14,924 nt of DNA from UHGV virus genome UHGV-0149279. One strand, given 5' to 3'. Source of the stretch: a virus. This document shows, piece after piece, positions 14,921 to 14,924 of this stretch (positions are counted from its first letter, which is position 1; each line of letters opens with the position of its first letter). The notes below the pieces were generated by a model. It worked only from the letters and a program-made list of their open reading frames with translations, did no database searches and had not been told where the DNA came from. The translations under genes and the position numbers were made by a program.

Positions 14921-14924
14921 AAGT

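Noticed and set aside
1-14924. CRISPR arrays, tRNA/rRNA genes, insertion sequences
   Set aside because: No regularly spaced repeat-spacer arrays, no tRNA-like cloverleaf signatures and no transposase-like ORFs or terminal inverted repeats were seen; the only repeat arrays are iterons, operators and the short repeats described above.

Overview
The window is the immunity-to-integrase portion of a lambdoid (lambda/Rac-like) prophage, with both arms diverging from a central cI/cro switch. Minus-strand arm (leftward, pR-operon equivalent), a chain of tightly packed genes, many with ATGA stop/start overlaps: cro-like (YdaS-type), YdaT-like, a small ClpX-type zinc-finger protein, replication protein O with an internal iteron origin, a DnaC-like helicase loader, a winged-helix protein, hypotheticals, an Ead/Ea22-like protein, an HNH endonuclease, a small membrane protein, and ninB (runs off the left edge). 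Plus-strand arm (rightward): cI (S24-peptidase repressor), then an AT-rich two-gene cassette, tandem terminators, a pL-like promoter with operators, a roughly 410-bp ORF-free leader, small accessory genes, a coiled-coil protein, a complete gam-bet-exo recombination module and an AlpA-type excisionase, ending against a convergent P4-like tyrosine integrase. Best candidate for an undescribed system: the cassette at 7320-8728 in the rexAB-equivalent position, encoding a 159-aa protein with a minimal nucleotidyltransferase signature translationally coupled to a 310-aa protein I cannot assign. All identifications are from reading the sequence and from memory of protein families; no searches or computations were run.
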